This document shows, one piece after another, positions 30,972 to 40,932 of a DNA stretch of 64,000 nucleotides. A program made the translations under genes and the position numbers. Origin of the DNA: Neptunomonas sp. (GTDB lineage: Bacteria; Pseudomonadota; Gammaproteobacteria; Pseudomonadales; Balneatricaceae); the NCBI GenBank assembly GCA_034110685.1, contig JAWUYS010000002.1:6692-70691 (forward strand), written 5' to 3'. Under the pieces are notes generated by a model. The model was not told the DNA's origin and searched no databases. It saw only the letters and a list, made by a program, of their open reading frames with translations. The first letter of the stretch is position 1. Each line of letters begins with the position of its first letter.

Positions 30972-32369
30972 GTGAAATATATTTCTACACGTGGGCAAGC
31001 GCCTGCACTTAACTTTGAAGAGGTTTTGTTAGCTGGCTTAGCAAGTGATGGTGGTTTGTATGTGCCAGAAAACTTGCCTGTTTTTAGTCAGGAAGAGATC
31101 GCTAGTTGGGCAGGACTTTCTTATGCTGAGTTAGCTTTCAAAATCATCTCTCCTTTTGTGAACGATTGCATCGATGATGCTGATCTAAAGCAGATGATTG
31201 ATGAAACTTATGCAGGTTTTAATCATTCAGCTGTTGCTCCTTTAAAAGAGTTAGGCACAAATGAGTGGGTGTTGGAGCTATTTCATGGTCCAACCTTAGC
31301 TTTCAAAGATTTTGCTCTACAGTTGCTAGGTCGTTTAATGGATCATGTGCTGGTGAAGCGTAATGAGCACTTAGTGATCATGGGCGCTACATCGGGTGAT
31401 ACCGGATCAGCTGCGATTGAAGGCTGTCGCCATTCTAAGCATGTGGATATCTTTATCCTACATCCGCATAACCGTGTTTCGGAAGTGCAACGCCGTCAAA
31501 TGACCACTATTCTGGATGAGAATGTGCATAACATCTCATTAGAAGGTAACTTTGATGATTGCCAAGAGATGGTTAAAGAAAGCTTTGCAGACCAGAGTTT
31601 CCTTAAAGGGATGAAGTTGGGCGCGGTTAACTCGATCAACTGGGCGCGTATTATGGCTCAGATTGTTTATTACTTCTCAGCTTCCTTGGCTGTGGGTGGT
31701 CCGCATCGTCCCGTAGCATTCTCAGTACCTACCGGAAACTTTGGTGACATCTTTGCCGGTTATCTTGCGAAGAAGATGGGCTTGCCTATCACTCAGTTAG
31801 TGGTAGCAACCAACCATAATGATATTCTGCATCGTGCTATTTCTAACAACGATATGTCCAAAAGTGAGTTGGTGCATACCTTGTCACCTTCTATGGATAT
31901 TATGGTCTCATCTAACTTTGAGCGTATGTTGTTTGATATCTATGACCGTGACGGCGCCGCTATTAATGATCTGATGAAGCGTTTTAAAACAGAATCAGTA
32001 CAGCTGGATGCTTCACGTTGGGATAAAATGCGTGAGCTATTCGATAGCTGTGCAGTTGATGATGAAACAACATGTCAGACTATTGCCGATGTGCATGCTG
32101 AAACAGGTTATCTACTCGACCCTCATACTGCCATTGGTGTGAAAGCCGGCCGAGAATGTAACCGTGACAAAGCTGTTCCAATGATTGTGTTGGCAACCGC
32201 TCATCCAGTGAAGTTTCCTGATGCGGTGCTTAAGGCTAACTTGGAATCGCCTGATTTGCCTGTTCATATGCAAGGCTTATTTGAGCGTGAAGAGAAGCTG
32301 ACGGTCTTGGATAATGATATCTCTGTTGTGCAGCGCTTTATTGCAGAGCATGTACATTCTGAGTCATAA
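30972..32369 (+). CDS. thrC: Threonine synthase
   Basis: YISTRG, LFHGPTLAFKD (PLP lysine), ATSGDTG, NSINWAR and PTGNFG. Confidence 0.98.
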   Translation: MKYISTRGQAPALNFEEVLLAGLASDGGLYVPENLPVFSQEEIASWAGLSYAELAFKIISPFVNDCIDDADLKQMIDETYAGFNHSAVAPLKELGTNEWVLELFHGPTLAFKDFALQLLGRLMDHVLVKRNEHLVIMGATSGDTGSAAIEGCRHSKHVDIFILHPHNRVSEVQRRQMTTILDENVHNISLEGNFDDCQEMVKESFADQSFLKGMKLGAVNSINWARIMAQIVYYFSASLAVGGPHRPVAFSVPTGNFGDIFAGYLAKKMGLPITQLVVATNHNDILHRAISNNDMSKSELVHTLSPSMDIMVSSNFERMLFDIYDRDGAAINDLMKRFKTESVQLDASRWDKMRELFDSCAVDDETTCQTIADVHAETGYLLDPHTAIGVKAGRECNRDKAVPMIVLATAHPVKFPDAVLKANLESPDLPVHMQGLFEREEKLTVLDNDISVVQRFIAEHVHSES

Positions 32370-32405
32370 CAGACACCGCTTTTAGCTGTTGTAATTTGGT
32401 AGTTG

Positions 32406-32435
32406 AAAAGGTCCGATCTTAATCGGGCCTTTTTT
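32406..32435 (+). terminator. Intrinsic terminator after thrC
   Basis: AAAAGGTCCGAT-CTTA-ATCGGGCCTTTTTT. Confidence 0.8.
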
Positions 32436-32458
32436 GTTTTCTGATAAAAGGAGAGAGT

Positions 32459-34201
32459 GTGAAACACGTAACCATTCATCGTCGTGGTGTGCCTGATGAG
32501 CACTCTCCTATATTTAAGGAAGTACCTAGCGCTTTGGCGCGTATTTATGCTGCGCGAGGCATTCAAAGCCAAAAACAGCTGGGACGTAATTTAAAAGAAC
32601 TGCTGCCTGATACACAAATGAAAGGGATGGATGGCGCGGTCTCTCGTTTGTTGCAAGCTGTCAGAGCTAATGAATCTATCATGATTATTGGTGACTTTGA
32701 TTGCGATGGTGCAACCAGTACCGCTGTTGCTGTATTGGGGTTGCGAATGATGGGGGCTGGTAATATTGATTACCTAGTGCCGAATCGTTTTGAGTATGGT
32801 TATGGTTTAAGCCCAGAGATTGTTGATGTTGCCTTTACTCAATCACCGCAGTTGTTAGTCACGGTTGATAATGGCATCTCCAGTGTGGAGGGTGTGGCGC
32901 GTGCCAATCAGTTGGGTATGGATGTTGTGGTAACGGATCACCACTTGGCTGGACATGTGATTCCGCAGGCCGTGGCGATTGTTAACCCTAATCAACCGGG
33001 GTGCAGCTTTGAGGCAAAATCGACTTGTGGCGTTGGTGTTATATTTTATGTGTTGATCGCACTTAGGCGTGCACTTCAGGCAGAAAACTGGTTTGAGAGA
33101 AATAGTATTCCTGCACCCAACTTAGCATCGCTACTTGACCTTGTTGCGCTGGGTACTGTCGCCGATGTTGTGGCGTTAGAGCACAATAATCGAACCTTAG
33201 TCTATCAGGGGTTGCAGCGTATTCGTGCCGGATACGCGCGTCCTGGTTTACTGGCATTAATAGAGATAGCTGGCCGGCGTAAAGAGCGTTTAGTCGCGAG
33301 TGATCTTGGCTTTGCTGTGGCACCACGTTTGAATGCAGCGGGTCGGTTGGAAGATATGTCGATTGGTATTGAGTGTTTGCTAGCAGATGACCCAGAATAT
33401 GCGCGTGAATTAGCCCAAACATTAGACCAGCTCAATTTGGATAGGCGTGCTATAGAACAAGATATGCAGCAGCAAGCGTTGAGTTGGTTAGATGAAATGC
33501 ATTTTGATATAGATACACTACCGTACGGTGTGTGTTTGTACGACGAAGGTTGGCACCAGGGTGTCGTTGGTATTCTTGCTTCACGCATAAAAGATCGCAC
33601 TAACCGACCTGTAATTGCCTTTGCTCCGGGTGAAAATGGAGAGATAAAAGGTTCGGCTCGCTCTATTCCAGGCTTACATATTCGTGATGCACTTGATCAA
33701 ATTGCTAGTCGATTTCCTGAACTAATCAGCAAATTTGGAGGCCACGCGATGGCTGCAGGGTTGACAATTTCTGGTACTGGGCTGGAGCGGTTTCGAGAAG
33801 CATTTGATGAAGTAGTTCGGGAGCAGCTCTCTAAAGAAGATCTGGAGCAGCGGTTAGAGACTGATGGAGCCTTGCAAGCTGCAGATATGACACTTGCATT
33901 AGCTGAAAATATTCGAGAAGCCGGTCCATGGGGGCATCAGTTCCCTGAGCCTTTGTTTGACGGTGTTTTTAGGGTGTTGCAGCAAAGAATTGTAGGCCAG
34001 CGTCATCTGAAAATAGTTTTGATGGAGCTGTCTTCAGGTTTGGCTCTTGATGGTATTCAGTTTAATACAGATTTAGCTGTATGGCCTGATGACAACATTA
34101 ATAGTGTTCGTGCTGTGTATAAATTAGATGTAAATGAGTTCAGGGGACAGCAATCAGTTCAGTTAATGATTGAGTATTTGGAACCTGTTGTTGAGAGCTA
34201 A
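32459..34201 (+). CDS. recJ: ssDNA exonuclease RecJ
   Basis: GDFDCDG, TVDNG, TDHH (DHH), GTVADV, PRLNAAGR and GGHAMAAG. Confidence 0.98.
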   Translation: MKHVTIHRRGVPDEHSPIFKEVPSALARIYAARGIQSQKQLGRNLKELLPDTQMKGMDGAVSRLLQAVRANESIMIIGDFDCDGATSTAVAVLGLRMMGAGNIDYLVPNRFEYGYGLSPEIVDVAFTQSPQLLVTVDNGISSVEGVARANQLGMDVVVTDHHLAGHVIPQAVAIVNPNQPGCSFEAKSTCGVGVIFYVLIALRRALQAENWFERNSIPAPNLASLLDLVALGTVADVVALEHNNRTLVYQGLQRIRAGYARPGLLALIEIAGRRKERLVASDLGFAVAPRLNAAGRLEDMSIGIECLLADDPEYARELAQTLDQLNLDRRAIEQDMQQQALSWLDEMHFDIDTLPYGVCLYDEGWHQGVVGILASRIKDRTNRPVIAFAPGENGEIKGSARSIPGLHIRDALDQIASRFPELISKFGGHAMAAGLTISGTGLERFREAFDEVVREQLSKEDLEQRLETDGALQAADMTLALAENIREAGPWGHQFPEPLFDGVFRVLQQRIVGQRHLKIVLMELSSGLALDGIQFNTDLAVWPDDNINSVRAVYKLDVNEFRGQQSVQLMIEYLEPVVES

Positions 34202-34213
34202 GAGGAAGATAAA

Positions 34214-34396
34214 ATGAATGATTTAACACTAACTGAGTTAGCTACCTTGATTGCTGTTTTTAAGCGTGCAGCTGTAACAGACCAAGATAAAGAAGAACAA
34301 GAGATGTTTGAGCGGATTAAACTGGCTCATGCAGAAAGACTAGAGCTGGAAAGTATGGACTTTGATGACTGTCTTGGCGGTGCGTGTAAACTTTAA
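34214..34396 (+). CDS. Small acidic protein with C-terminal CLGGAC motif
   Basis: GAGGAAG RBS and ATG 12 nt after the recJ stop; fills the recJ-nfo gap; helical body and tail DDCLGGACKL. Confidence 0.75.
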   Translation: MNDLTLTELATLIAVFKRAAVTDQDKEEQEMFERIKLAHAERLELESMDFDDCLGGACKL

Positions 34397-34452
34397 ATGC
34401 AGTGTTTATAGCATCGAGCTATCTATATGAGCACTAATAATTGGGTAAGAAC

Positions 34453-35316
34453 ATGACTGAATTAAAACCTTATTATATAGGTGCTCATGTTAGTGCATCC
34501 GGAGGCGTTGAAAACGCGCCTCTGAATGCTGAAAAACTAGGCGCAAATGCGTTTGCTTTTTTTACAAAAAATCAACGCCGATGGGAAGCAAAGCCGCTGA
34601 CGGCAAAAAATATTTCCTTATTTAAAGAGCGTTGCCAAGCGCTGGATTTCTTGCCAGAACAGATACTGCCGCATGACAGTTATCTAATAAACTTAGGTCA
34701 TCCTGAGGCTGAGGCTTTAGATAAATCACGCGTAGCTTTTATTGATGAGATACAGCGTTGTCAGCAACTGGGGCTAAAGTATCTGAATTTTCATCCAGGA
34801 AGCCATCTACGTGTGATTTCAGAGTCTGAGTCCTTAGATAGAGTTTCTGAGTCAATTAACTTTGCTTTGTCAGAAACGGATGAGGTAGTTGCCGTAATAG
34901 AAACAACGGCAGGGCAAGGGAGTAATCTGGGTTATGATTTTTCGCAAATAGCGCAGATTATTGATGGGGTTATTGATAAAAAGCGAGTGGGTGTATGTAT
35001 TGATACTTGTCACATATTTGCAGCTGGCTACCCATTAAACACCCAGGCTGAATGTCAGAAGACGTTTAATGAGTTTTCAGAGAAAGTTGGTTTTGAATAC
35101 TTGTGTGGTATGCACCTAAATGATTCAAAAGTTGCCTTGGGTGCGCGTGTCGATCGCCACCATAGTCTTGGACAAGGCGAAATTGGTCTCGAAGTCTTTA
35201 AATTTATCATGCAAGACGAACGCTTTCGGGGAGTGCCCTTGGTGCTCGAAACAATTGATGAAACAGTGTGGGCTGAAGAGATCCAAATGTTGAGACGTTT
35301 TGGTATTCCTGAATAG
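34453..35316 (+). CDS. nfo: Endonuclease IV (AP endonuclease)
   Basis: [45 protein letters not shown] and DRHH; start placed at ATG 34453. Confidence 0.97.
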   Translation: MTELKPYYIGAHVSASGGVENAPLNAEKLGANAFAFFTKNQRRWEAKPLTAKNISLFKERCQALDFLPEQILPHDSYLINLGHPEAEALDKSRVAFIDEIQRCQQLGLKYLNFHPGSHLRVISESESLDRVSESINFALSETDEVVAVIETTAGQGSNLGYDFSQIAQIIDGVIDKKRVGVCIDTCHIFAAGYPLNTQAECQKTFNEFSEKVGFEYLCGMHLNDSKVALGARVDRHHSLGQGEIGLEVFKFIMQDERFRGVPLVLETIDETVWAEEIQMLRRFGIPE

Positions 35317-35374
35317 CAGTTCTTAAAATAGGGACTATACTTATTTTAACTTAAGTTTATAGTGCCGGATTATT

Positions 35375-38300
35375 ATGCTGCTAAAAAATATTGCCAAAAC
35401 AATATGTTGGCAGTTTTCTTTGGTTTTCTTCCTTTTTCTGATGAATGTATCAGCGATTGCGAAAGCCGATTTTAGCTATGGTTCAACTGTATTAGTGATC
35501 AATTCTTATCATCAAGGCTTTCCATGGTCTGATGGTATTTATTCTGGCTTTAAAAAAGTAATAGATGAAGCCGATTTTCCTGTCGATTTACATGTTGAGT
35601 ATTTAGATACTAAACGTTTTTCTAGTAAAACAATGTTTCCCTTGGCTGCCGCAATGATGGCTGTGAAAAGTGCCCATCACTTTGATGCTATTGTGGTGAC
35701 AGATAACAATGCATTAAGTTTTCTAATGAAATACCGGCAATCTCATTTTGCGGGTATCCCTGCTATTTTTGTGGGCATTAATTCTTACTCTCAAGACCTG
35801 ATCGGTGCTGATAAGTTAATTACAGGCATTGCTGAAACAACGGCTCCCGATGCTAACTACCAGCTGCTGATGTCGCTACATCCCGATATGACAGAAGTGG
35901 TGTTGTTAAGTGATACGACTCCGACAGGGCTAGCCGAACAGCAGCGTTTTGTGCAAGCCGCTCAGCCGTATGAGTCTAGGTTTTCTGTTCGATCAATTAG
36001 CGACTGGACATTATCTGAACTAAAGCAGCAATTATCAGCTTTAAAGCCTGGCACTATTGTTTTTAGGTTGCCACTGCATCGTGATAAAGAAGGCCTTTCT
36101 ATGACCTTAAAAGAGAGTGTGAGTATCCTACTAGAAAATACGTCTGTCCCTATTTACTCTGCATGGGACACCGCTATTTCAGAGGGGGTAGTAGGTGGTT
36201 ATGTCGCAACCTCTACGTTACAAGGTGAAGTCGCTGCTGAATATCTATTAGAAATCTTAGCGGGTAAGCCTGTCGCTGAGTTACCCGTTATACTTGAAAG
36301 CCCGGCTGAACCCGTGTTTAACGGCGTTTCAGTTCAGAGATACGCTATAGATCAGAGGGGTATCCCTGAAGGTAGCGTTATTATAAACCCGGTGATATCA
36401 ACTGAGCTTTCTGACTATCTTATTATTCCTATTATCTTTTTACTGCTGATTCTTACTGGTTTCATCTTTCAATGGCGTCGAAAAAAGAATGAGCTTTCGA
36501 TTCTGAATGATGAATTTGAGCATGCAGTGGATGAAACATTGTTGCTTAGAACATTAATGGACTCTAACCCGGATCATATTTATGCCAAAGGTTTGGATGG
36601 CCGCTATCTGGACTGCAATCAAGCCTTTATAGAGTTTGTAGGGAGGTCTCGTGAGGATGTGATAGGGAAGCGTGTTGAAGATTTCTTCACAAAAGTGAAT
36701 GTTAATTTAAGTAATGAGCAAGATGAACAGGTTTTTTCTAAAGATGAGGTGATCTGTAAAGAGATCTGGGTATCTGGAAGGTCTGGCGCTGATCAGCTGA
36801 TTGAGTGTATCAAAACACCTTTAAAAAACCCTGATGGTAAAGTCATTGGGTTGTTGGCTGTGAATCGGGATATTACCAGTAGGCACTTTGAAAATGCTCT
36901 GTTAAAGCAAAATACGCGGGTATTGGATATGCTGATCCGCGGAGTCTCTTTGAACAATATTCTTTCTGAGATTGTTAAAGGGATCGAAAGTGTTTATTCC
37001 AATAGCTTATGTTCTATCCTCTTACTTGATAAAGAGAAAAAGCATCTATTGAGTGGCGCTGCTCCGAGCTTACCTGATTTCTATAGTGACGCAATTAATG
37101 GGTTAGCAATTGGCGTGGGAGTTGGTGCTTGTGGGACTGCGGCAAGTACCGGTGAGCTGGTTATTAGTGCGGATATTCAAAATGATCCTTACTGGGCTGA
37201 CTTTAAAGAGCTTGCTGCAAAAGCTGATTTGGCTGCATGTTGGTCTCAGCCTATTTTTGGTTCTTCGCATGAAATATTAGGCACTTTTGCTATTTACCAT
37301 AGTTACCCGCACCAACCGAATAATGATCATATTGCGATGATGGAGCAAGCATCTCAATTAGTAAGTTTGGCACTGGAAAGAAAGCAAGTTGAAGGTGACT
37401 TACAGAAACTGTCTCGTGCAGTCGAGCAAAGCCCTACGATGGTTTTGATTACTGATGAGAGTGGAAAAATCGAATATGTTAATGAGGAGTTCACCGATGT
37501 TACAGGCTACTCTTTGGATGAAGTTCGAGGAGAAACACCGGGTATCTTAAATGCGGGAGAAACAGCGCCTGAGTTTTACAAGGAGATGTGGGGCGTTATT
37601 CTAGCAGGACACGATTGGCACGGTGAGATTCGAAATAAAACCAAGTCTGGTCAGCCTTATTGGTCGATGCTATCAATTTCGCCAATTTTAGATGAAACAC
37701 ATAAAATCACGCACTTTATCGGTGTTAGTGAAGATATATCAGCACAGAAAAAAACTTTAGAACAGATAGAGCAGCTAGCTTTTTATGATCCACTTACGTT
37801 GTTAGGAAACCGACGTTTGTTTAAAGAGCAGTTAGATGTCGAGCTTAAAAAAGCAAAACGAAATTCTACGATTTTTGCACTGTTCTATTTAGATTTAGAT
37901 AACTTTAAACAGATCAATGACACCTTAGGACACGATGCTGGTGATGGTTTGTTACAAGCGATTGCAGATAGATTGAGAAGCACACTGCGCCAATCAGATT
38001 TGATTGCTCGTATTGGGGGGGACGAGTTCATTGTATTGTTGCCTGATGTGAGCGGGCCTGCTGAGGTGGCATCAGTTGCGAATAAGTTACTACAAGCGAT
38101 TAGTCAGCCAGTGCTCCTAGGGAGTAGCGAGGTAAAAGCAACGGTGAGCTTGGGTATTACCATGGTACCGACTGATGGTGATGATTGGGCTGTGTTGATG
38201 AAAAACGCAGATCTTGCAATGTACCGAGCCAAACATAAAGGCAGAAATAACTTTCAATTTTTCACTCATGAAATGAATGATGAAGTTGTGAATCGCGCCA

Positions 38301-39076
38301 GTATGGAGCAGGAGCTGCGTAGTGCGCTGAAAAATAGAGAGTTTTGTGTCGAATACCAACCGCAATGGACCATTCTGAAAGAGCTACAACCCGTTTGTCT
38401 TGAAGCTCTAGTGCGCTGGAACCACCCCCAGAAAGGGCGTGTCTCCCCTGGTGAGTTTATTCCGATGGCGGAAGAGCTCGGATTAATTGTTGAGCTGGGC
38501 GAGTGGGTTTTAAATGAAGCGTGTAGCCAAGGACGTATGCTGGTGGATGCTGGTTATGCCATTCGTATGGCTGTGAATCTGTCGATGCGTCAATTTTTTG
38601 ATCCTGAGCTACTTAATAAAATTAAACAGGCTCTGGAGTTACATGACTTTCCGGCGTCGTTGCTTGAGCTAGAGATAACTGAGTCCATGATTATGGAAGA
38701 AGTTGATGTGGTAGTGGATACTCTTCATCAGCTTAAACTCTTAGGCGTTTCATTGTCGATTGATGACTTTGGTACGGGCTACTCATCATTGAGTTACTTG
38801 AAGCGTTTACCTTTTGATCATTTGAAAGTAGATGGCTCTTTTGTTCGAGATATCCCTCAAGATAAAAGTGATATGGAAATTACTTCTGCGGTTATCGCAA
38901 TGGCACATAAATTGGGCTTGAAAGTGATAGCTGAAGGGATCGAGACGCATGAGCAGATGGCTTTTTTAAGAGAAAATGGTTGTGAGATGGGGCAAGGGTT
39001 TTTGCTGGCTCGTCCGGCACCGCTGGATGAAATAATGAAGTATCTTGATGTTGAGATGGATTCATTAGACGACTAG
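35375..39076 (+). CDS. Membrane sensor DGC/PDE (periplasmic-binding-like domain-TM-PAS-GAF-PAS-GGDEF-EAL)
   Basis: Signal/TM, then VLVINSYH..W..EYLDTKR (ABC substrate-binding-like), TM, PAS, GAF (APSLP, CGTAA, ACWSQPI), PAS, RQSD I-site with GGDEF, EALVRW and DDFGTGYSSL. Confidence 0.93.
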   Translation: MLLKNIAKTICWQFSLVFFLFLMNVSAIAKADFSYGSTVLVINSYHQGFPWSDGIYSGFKKVIDEADFPVDLHVEYLDTKRFSSKTMFPLAAAMMAVKSAHHFDAIVVTDNNALSFLMKYRQSHFAGIPAIFVGINSYSQDLIGADKLITGIAETTAPDANYQLLMSLHPDMTEVVLLSDTTPTGLAEQQRFVQAAQPYESRFSVRSISDWTLSELKQQLSALKPGTIVFRLPLHRDKEGLSMTLKESVSILLENTSVPIYSAWDTAISEGVVGGYVATSTLQGEVAAEYLLEILAGKPVAELPVILESPAEPVFNGVSVQRYAIDQRGIPEGSVIINPVISTELSDYLIIPIIFLLLILTGFIFQWRRKKNELSILNDEFEHAVDETLLLRTLMDSNPDHIYAKGLDGRYLDCNQAFIEFVGRSREDVIGKRVEDFFTKVNVNLSNEQDEQVFSKDEVICKEIWVSGRSGADQLIECIKTPLKNPDGKVIGLLAVNRDITSRHFENALLKQNTRVLDMLIRGVSLNNILSEIVKGIESVYSNSLCSILLLDKEKKHLLSGAAPSLPDFYSDAINGLAIGVGVGACGTAASTGELVISADIQNDPYWADFKELAAKADLAACWSQPIFGSSHEILGTFAIYHSYPHQPNNDHIAMMEQASQLVSLALERKQVEGDLQKLSRAVEQSPTMVLITDESGKIEYVNEEFTDVTGYSLDEVRGETPGILNAGETAPEFYKEMWGVILAGHDWHGEIRNKTKSGQPYWSMLSISPILDETHKITHFIGVSEDISAQKKTLEQIEQLAFYDPLTLLGNRRLFKEQLDVELKKAKRNSTIFALFYLDLDNFKQINDTLGHDAGDGLLQAIADRLRSTLRQSDLIARIGGDEFIVLLPDVSGPAEVASVANKLLQAISQPVLLGSSEVKATVSLGITMVPTDGDDWAVLMKNADLAMYRAKHKGRNNFQFFTHEMNDEVVNRASMEQELRSALKNREFCVEYQPQWTILKELQPVCLEALVRWNHPQKGRVSPGEFIPMAEELGLIVELGEWVLNEACSQGRMLVDAGYAIRMAVNLSMRQFFDPELLNKIKQALELHDFPASLLELEITESMIMEEVDVVVDTLHQLKLLGVSLSIDDFGTGYSSLSYLKRLPFDHLKVDGSFVRDIPQDKSDMEITSAVIAMAHKLGLKVIAEGIETHEQMAFLRENGCEMGQGFLLARPAPLDEIMKYLDVEMDSLDD

Positions 39077-39104
39077 TTTCATCGGTTTGTCATCAGTCTT
39101 GCAT
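39076..39104 (+). promoter_or_regulatory. Pho-box-like direct repeats (possible PhoB site)
   Basis: GTTTCAT (39076), TTGTCAT (39087) and CTTGCAT (39098) at exact 11-bp spacing; consensus CTGTCAT-N4. Confidence 0.55.
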
Positions 39105-39141
39105 ATGATTATACCTTGGCGATCTTGTCACGGTGATTATT

Positions 39142-40932
39142 ATGCAATCCGCTGTATTACAGCTGCCATTCTCTGAGGGTGAGCAGTTACTGAATTCAAT
39201 ACTTGAAATGGGCGCAATAACGACCTATTTCCAGCCAATATTTGATTTACACAATGGCGATATCGTTGGGCATGAAGCGCTCTCAAGAGGTCCCGAGGGA
39301 AGTGCTTTATATTCTGCAGACCAGCTGTTTAAGACTGCCGTTACTTATGGGAAATTACATGAGTTGGAATTGCTGTGCCGTGAGCAGTCGTTGCGGCAAT
39401 TTTCAGAGCAGGCTCTGCCTGGTAAATTGTTTCTCAATATTAGTGCTTCATTATTGAGTTCATCTGATCATCAAAAGGGCATGACACTAACCTTGTTAGA
39501 TTCGATGAATATTTCACGAGATCGAATTGTCATTGAGTTATCTGAACAACACCCTTATGACCACTTTGGGTTATCACGCGCGAGTGTCGAATACTATCGT
39601 CAAATGGGGTTTCAAATTGCCATTGATGATTTAGGTGTTGGTTACTCAGGCTTAAGGCTTTGGTCAGAGCTGCAGCCTGAATACGTGAAAATAGATAAAC
39701 ATTTTATCAGTGGTGTTGATAAAGATACGATTAAGCGTGAATTCGTGCGCTCTATTATTGCTATTGCAAACAGCCTTCAGTGCGAAATTATTGCTGAAGG
39801 GATCGAAACTCAGTCTGAGTTGGCATTGTTAATAGAGTTAGGCGTAGCTCGGGGACAAGGTTACTTATTAGGCTACCCTGTGCAAGCACCTGATCAGTTT
39901 CAGAATAAGCTGCTGGTCAATAAAGCTCGTCGTATTGAGCAACGGATGCGACTCGATGCTGAAGAGACTGTGCTGTCCTTAGTGCAGCATGTTCCGGCTG
40001 TTAATGAGAGTACCCAGTTAAGAGAGCTGGATTTAGCTTTCAAGAAAAATTCTGCACTACATACTATCCCTGTTTTAGATAATGGTATCCCTATCGGTGT
40101 TGTTAGGAGGCATGACCTCCTTGAATTGTTCTCAACACAATTTGGAAGGGCTCTAAATGAAAGTAGAAGTATATCGCGCCTATTAAAAAGTGAAATATTA
40201 GTAGTCGAGAGCTATGTGAGTCTATCCAAAGTGTCGTACTTGCTGACTAACCAAAACTCAGAAAGCCTTAATAACGAAATTATTATTGTTCAGGATGGGT
40301 GTTATTTGGGGGTTGGCAGCTTACGTGATCTATTAAAAAGAATAACCGACCTGAAAATACAAAATGCCACTTATGCTAACCCTCTAACCTTATTGCCCGG
40401 CAATGTGCCAATTAATAATGAAGTGAATCGGCTTCTTAAGCAGGCGTGTAACTTTAGAGTGGCGTATTTTGATATTAATGATTTCAAACCATTTAATGAT
40501 TATTACGGTTATGCGCGTGGAGATCAGGTCATTCAATTGTTAGGGCGCTTGATTCAGCAGCACGCTACCCATGCGGAAAACTTTATTGGGCATATTGGGG
40601 GAGACGACTTTGTTGTTGTGTTTTCTTCTGAGTACTGGGAAGAAAGCTGCCAAGCAATACTGCAAGATTTTGCTGCACAATCTCAAGATTTGTATGCCCC
40701 TAAAGAACGTGAAGAGGGTGGTTTGTGGGCATTAACGCGCGGTCAAGAAAGGGTCTTTCATAGTGTATTGAGTTTAGCTATTGGGGTAGTGAACCCAGAT
40801 GCGTTTGCTTGTAATAGTCACCTTGAAGTGTCGGAACTCGCTGCTGAAGCAAAAAAAGAAGCAAAAAATATGACAGGTAATGCGTTGTTTATTTCTCGTC
40901 GTCGTAAAATAAGAATGCATTATAAGCAATAA
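39142..40932 (+). CDS. EAL-CBS-GGDEF c-di-GMP enzyme (RapA-like architecture)
   Basis: N-terminal EAL (FQPI, HEALSRG, DDLGVGYSG, KID), central CBS-like region, ANPLTLLPGN and C-terminal GGDDF without RxxD; start at ATG 39142 or GTG 39133. Confidence 0.9.
   Translation: MQSAVLQLPFSEGEQLLNSILEMGAITTYFQPIFDLHNGDIVGHEALSRGPEGSALYSADQLFKTAVTYGKLHELELLCREQSLRQFSEQALPGKLFLNISASLLSSSDHQKGMTLTLLDSMNISRDRIVIELSEQHPYDHFGLSRASVEYYRQMGFQIAIDDLGVGYSGLRLWSELQPEYVKIDKHFISGVDKDTIKREFVRSIIAIANSLQCEIIAEGIETQSELALLIELGVARGQGYLLGYPVQAPDQFQNKLLVNKARRIEQRMRLDAEETVLSLVQHVPAVNESTQLRELDLAFKKNSALHTIPVLDNGIPIGVVRRHDLLELFSTQFGRALNESRSISRLLKSEILVVESYVSLSKVSYLLTNQNSESLNNEIIIVQDGCYLGVGSLRDLLKRITDLKIQNATYANPLTLLPGNVPINNEVNRLLKQACNFRVAYFDINDFKPFNDYYGYARGDQVIQLLGRLIQQHATHAENFIGHIGGDDFVVVFSSEYWEESCQAILQDFAAQSQDLYAPKEREEGGLWALTRGQERVFHSVLSLAIGVVNPDAFACNSHLEVSELAAEAKKEAKNMTGNALFISRRRKIRMHYKQ

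Noticed and set aside
34431-34446. NrdR-box-like sequence GCACTAATAATTGGGT upstream of nfo
   Set aside because: Central positions mismatch the acaCwAtATaTwGtg consensus and there is no second box.
34202-34452. prfB with programmed frameshift after recJ, as in E. coli
   Set aside because: No RF2-like sequence here; recJ is followed by the 60-aa ORF and nfo.
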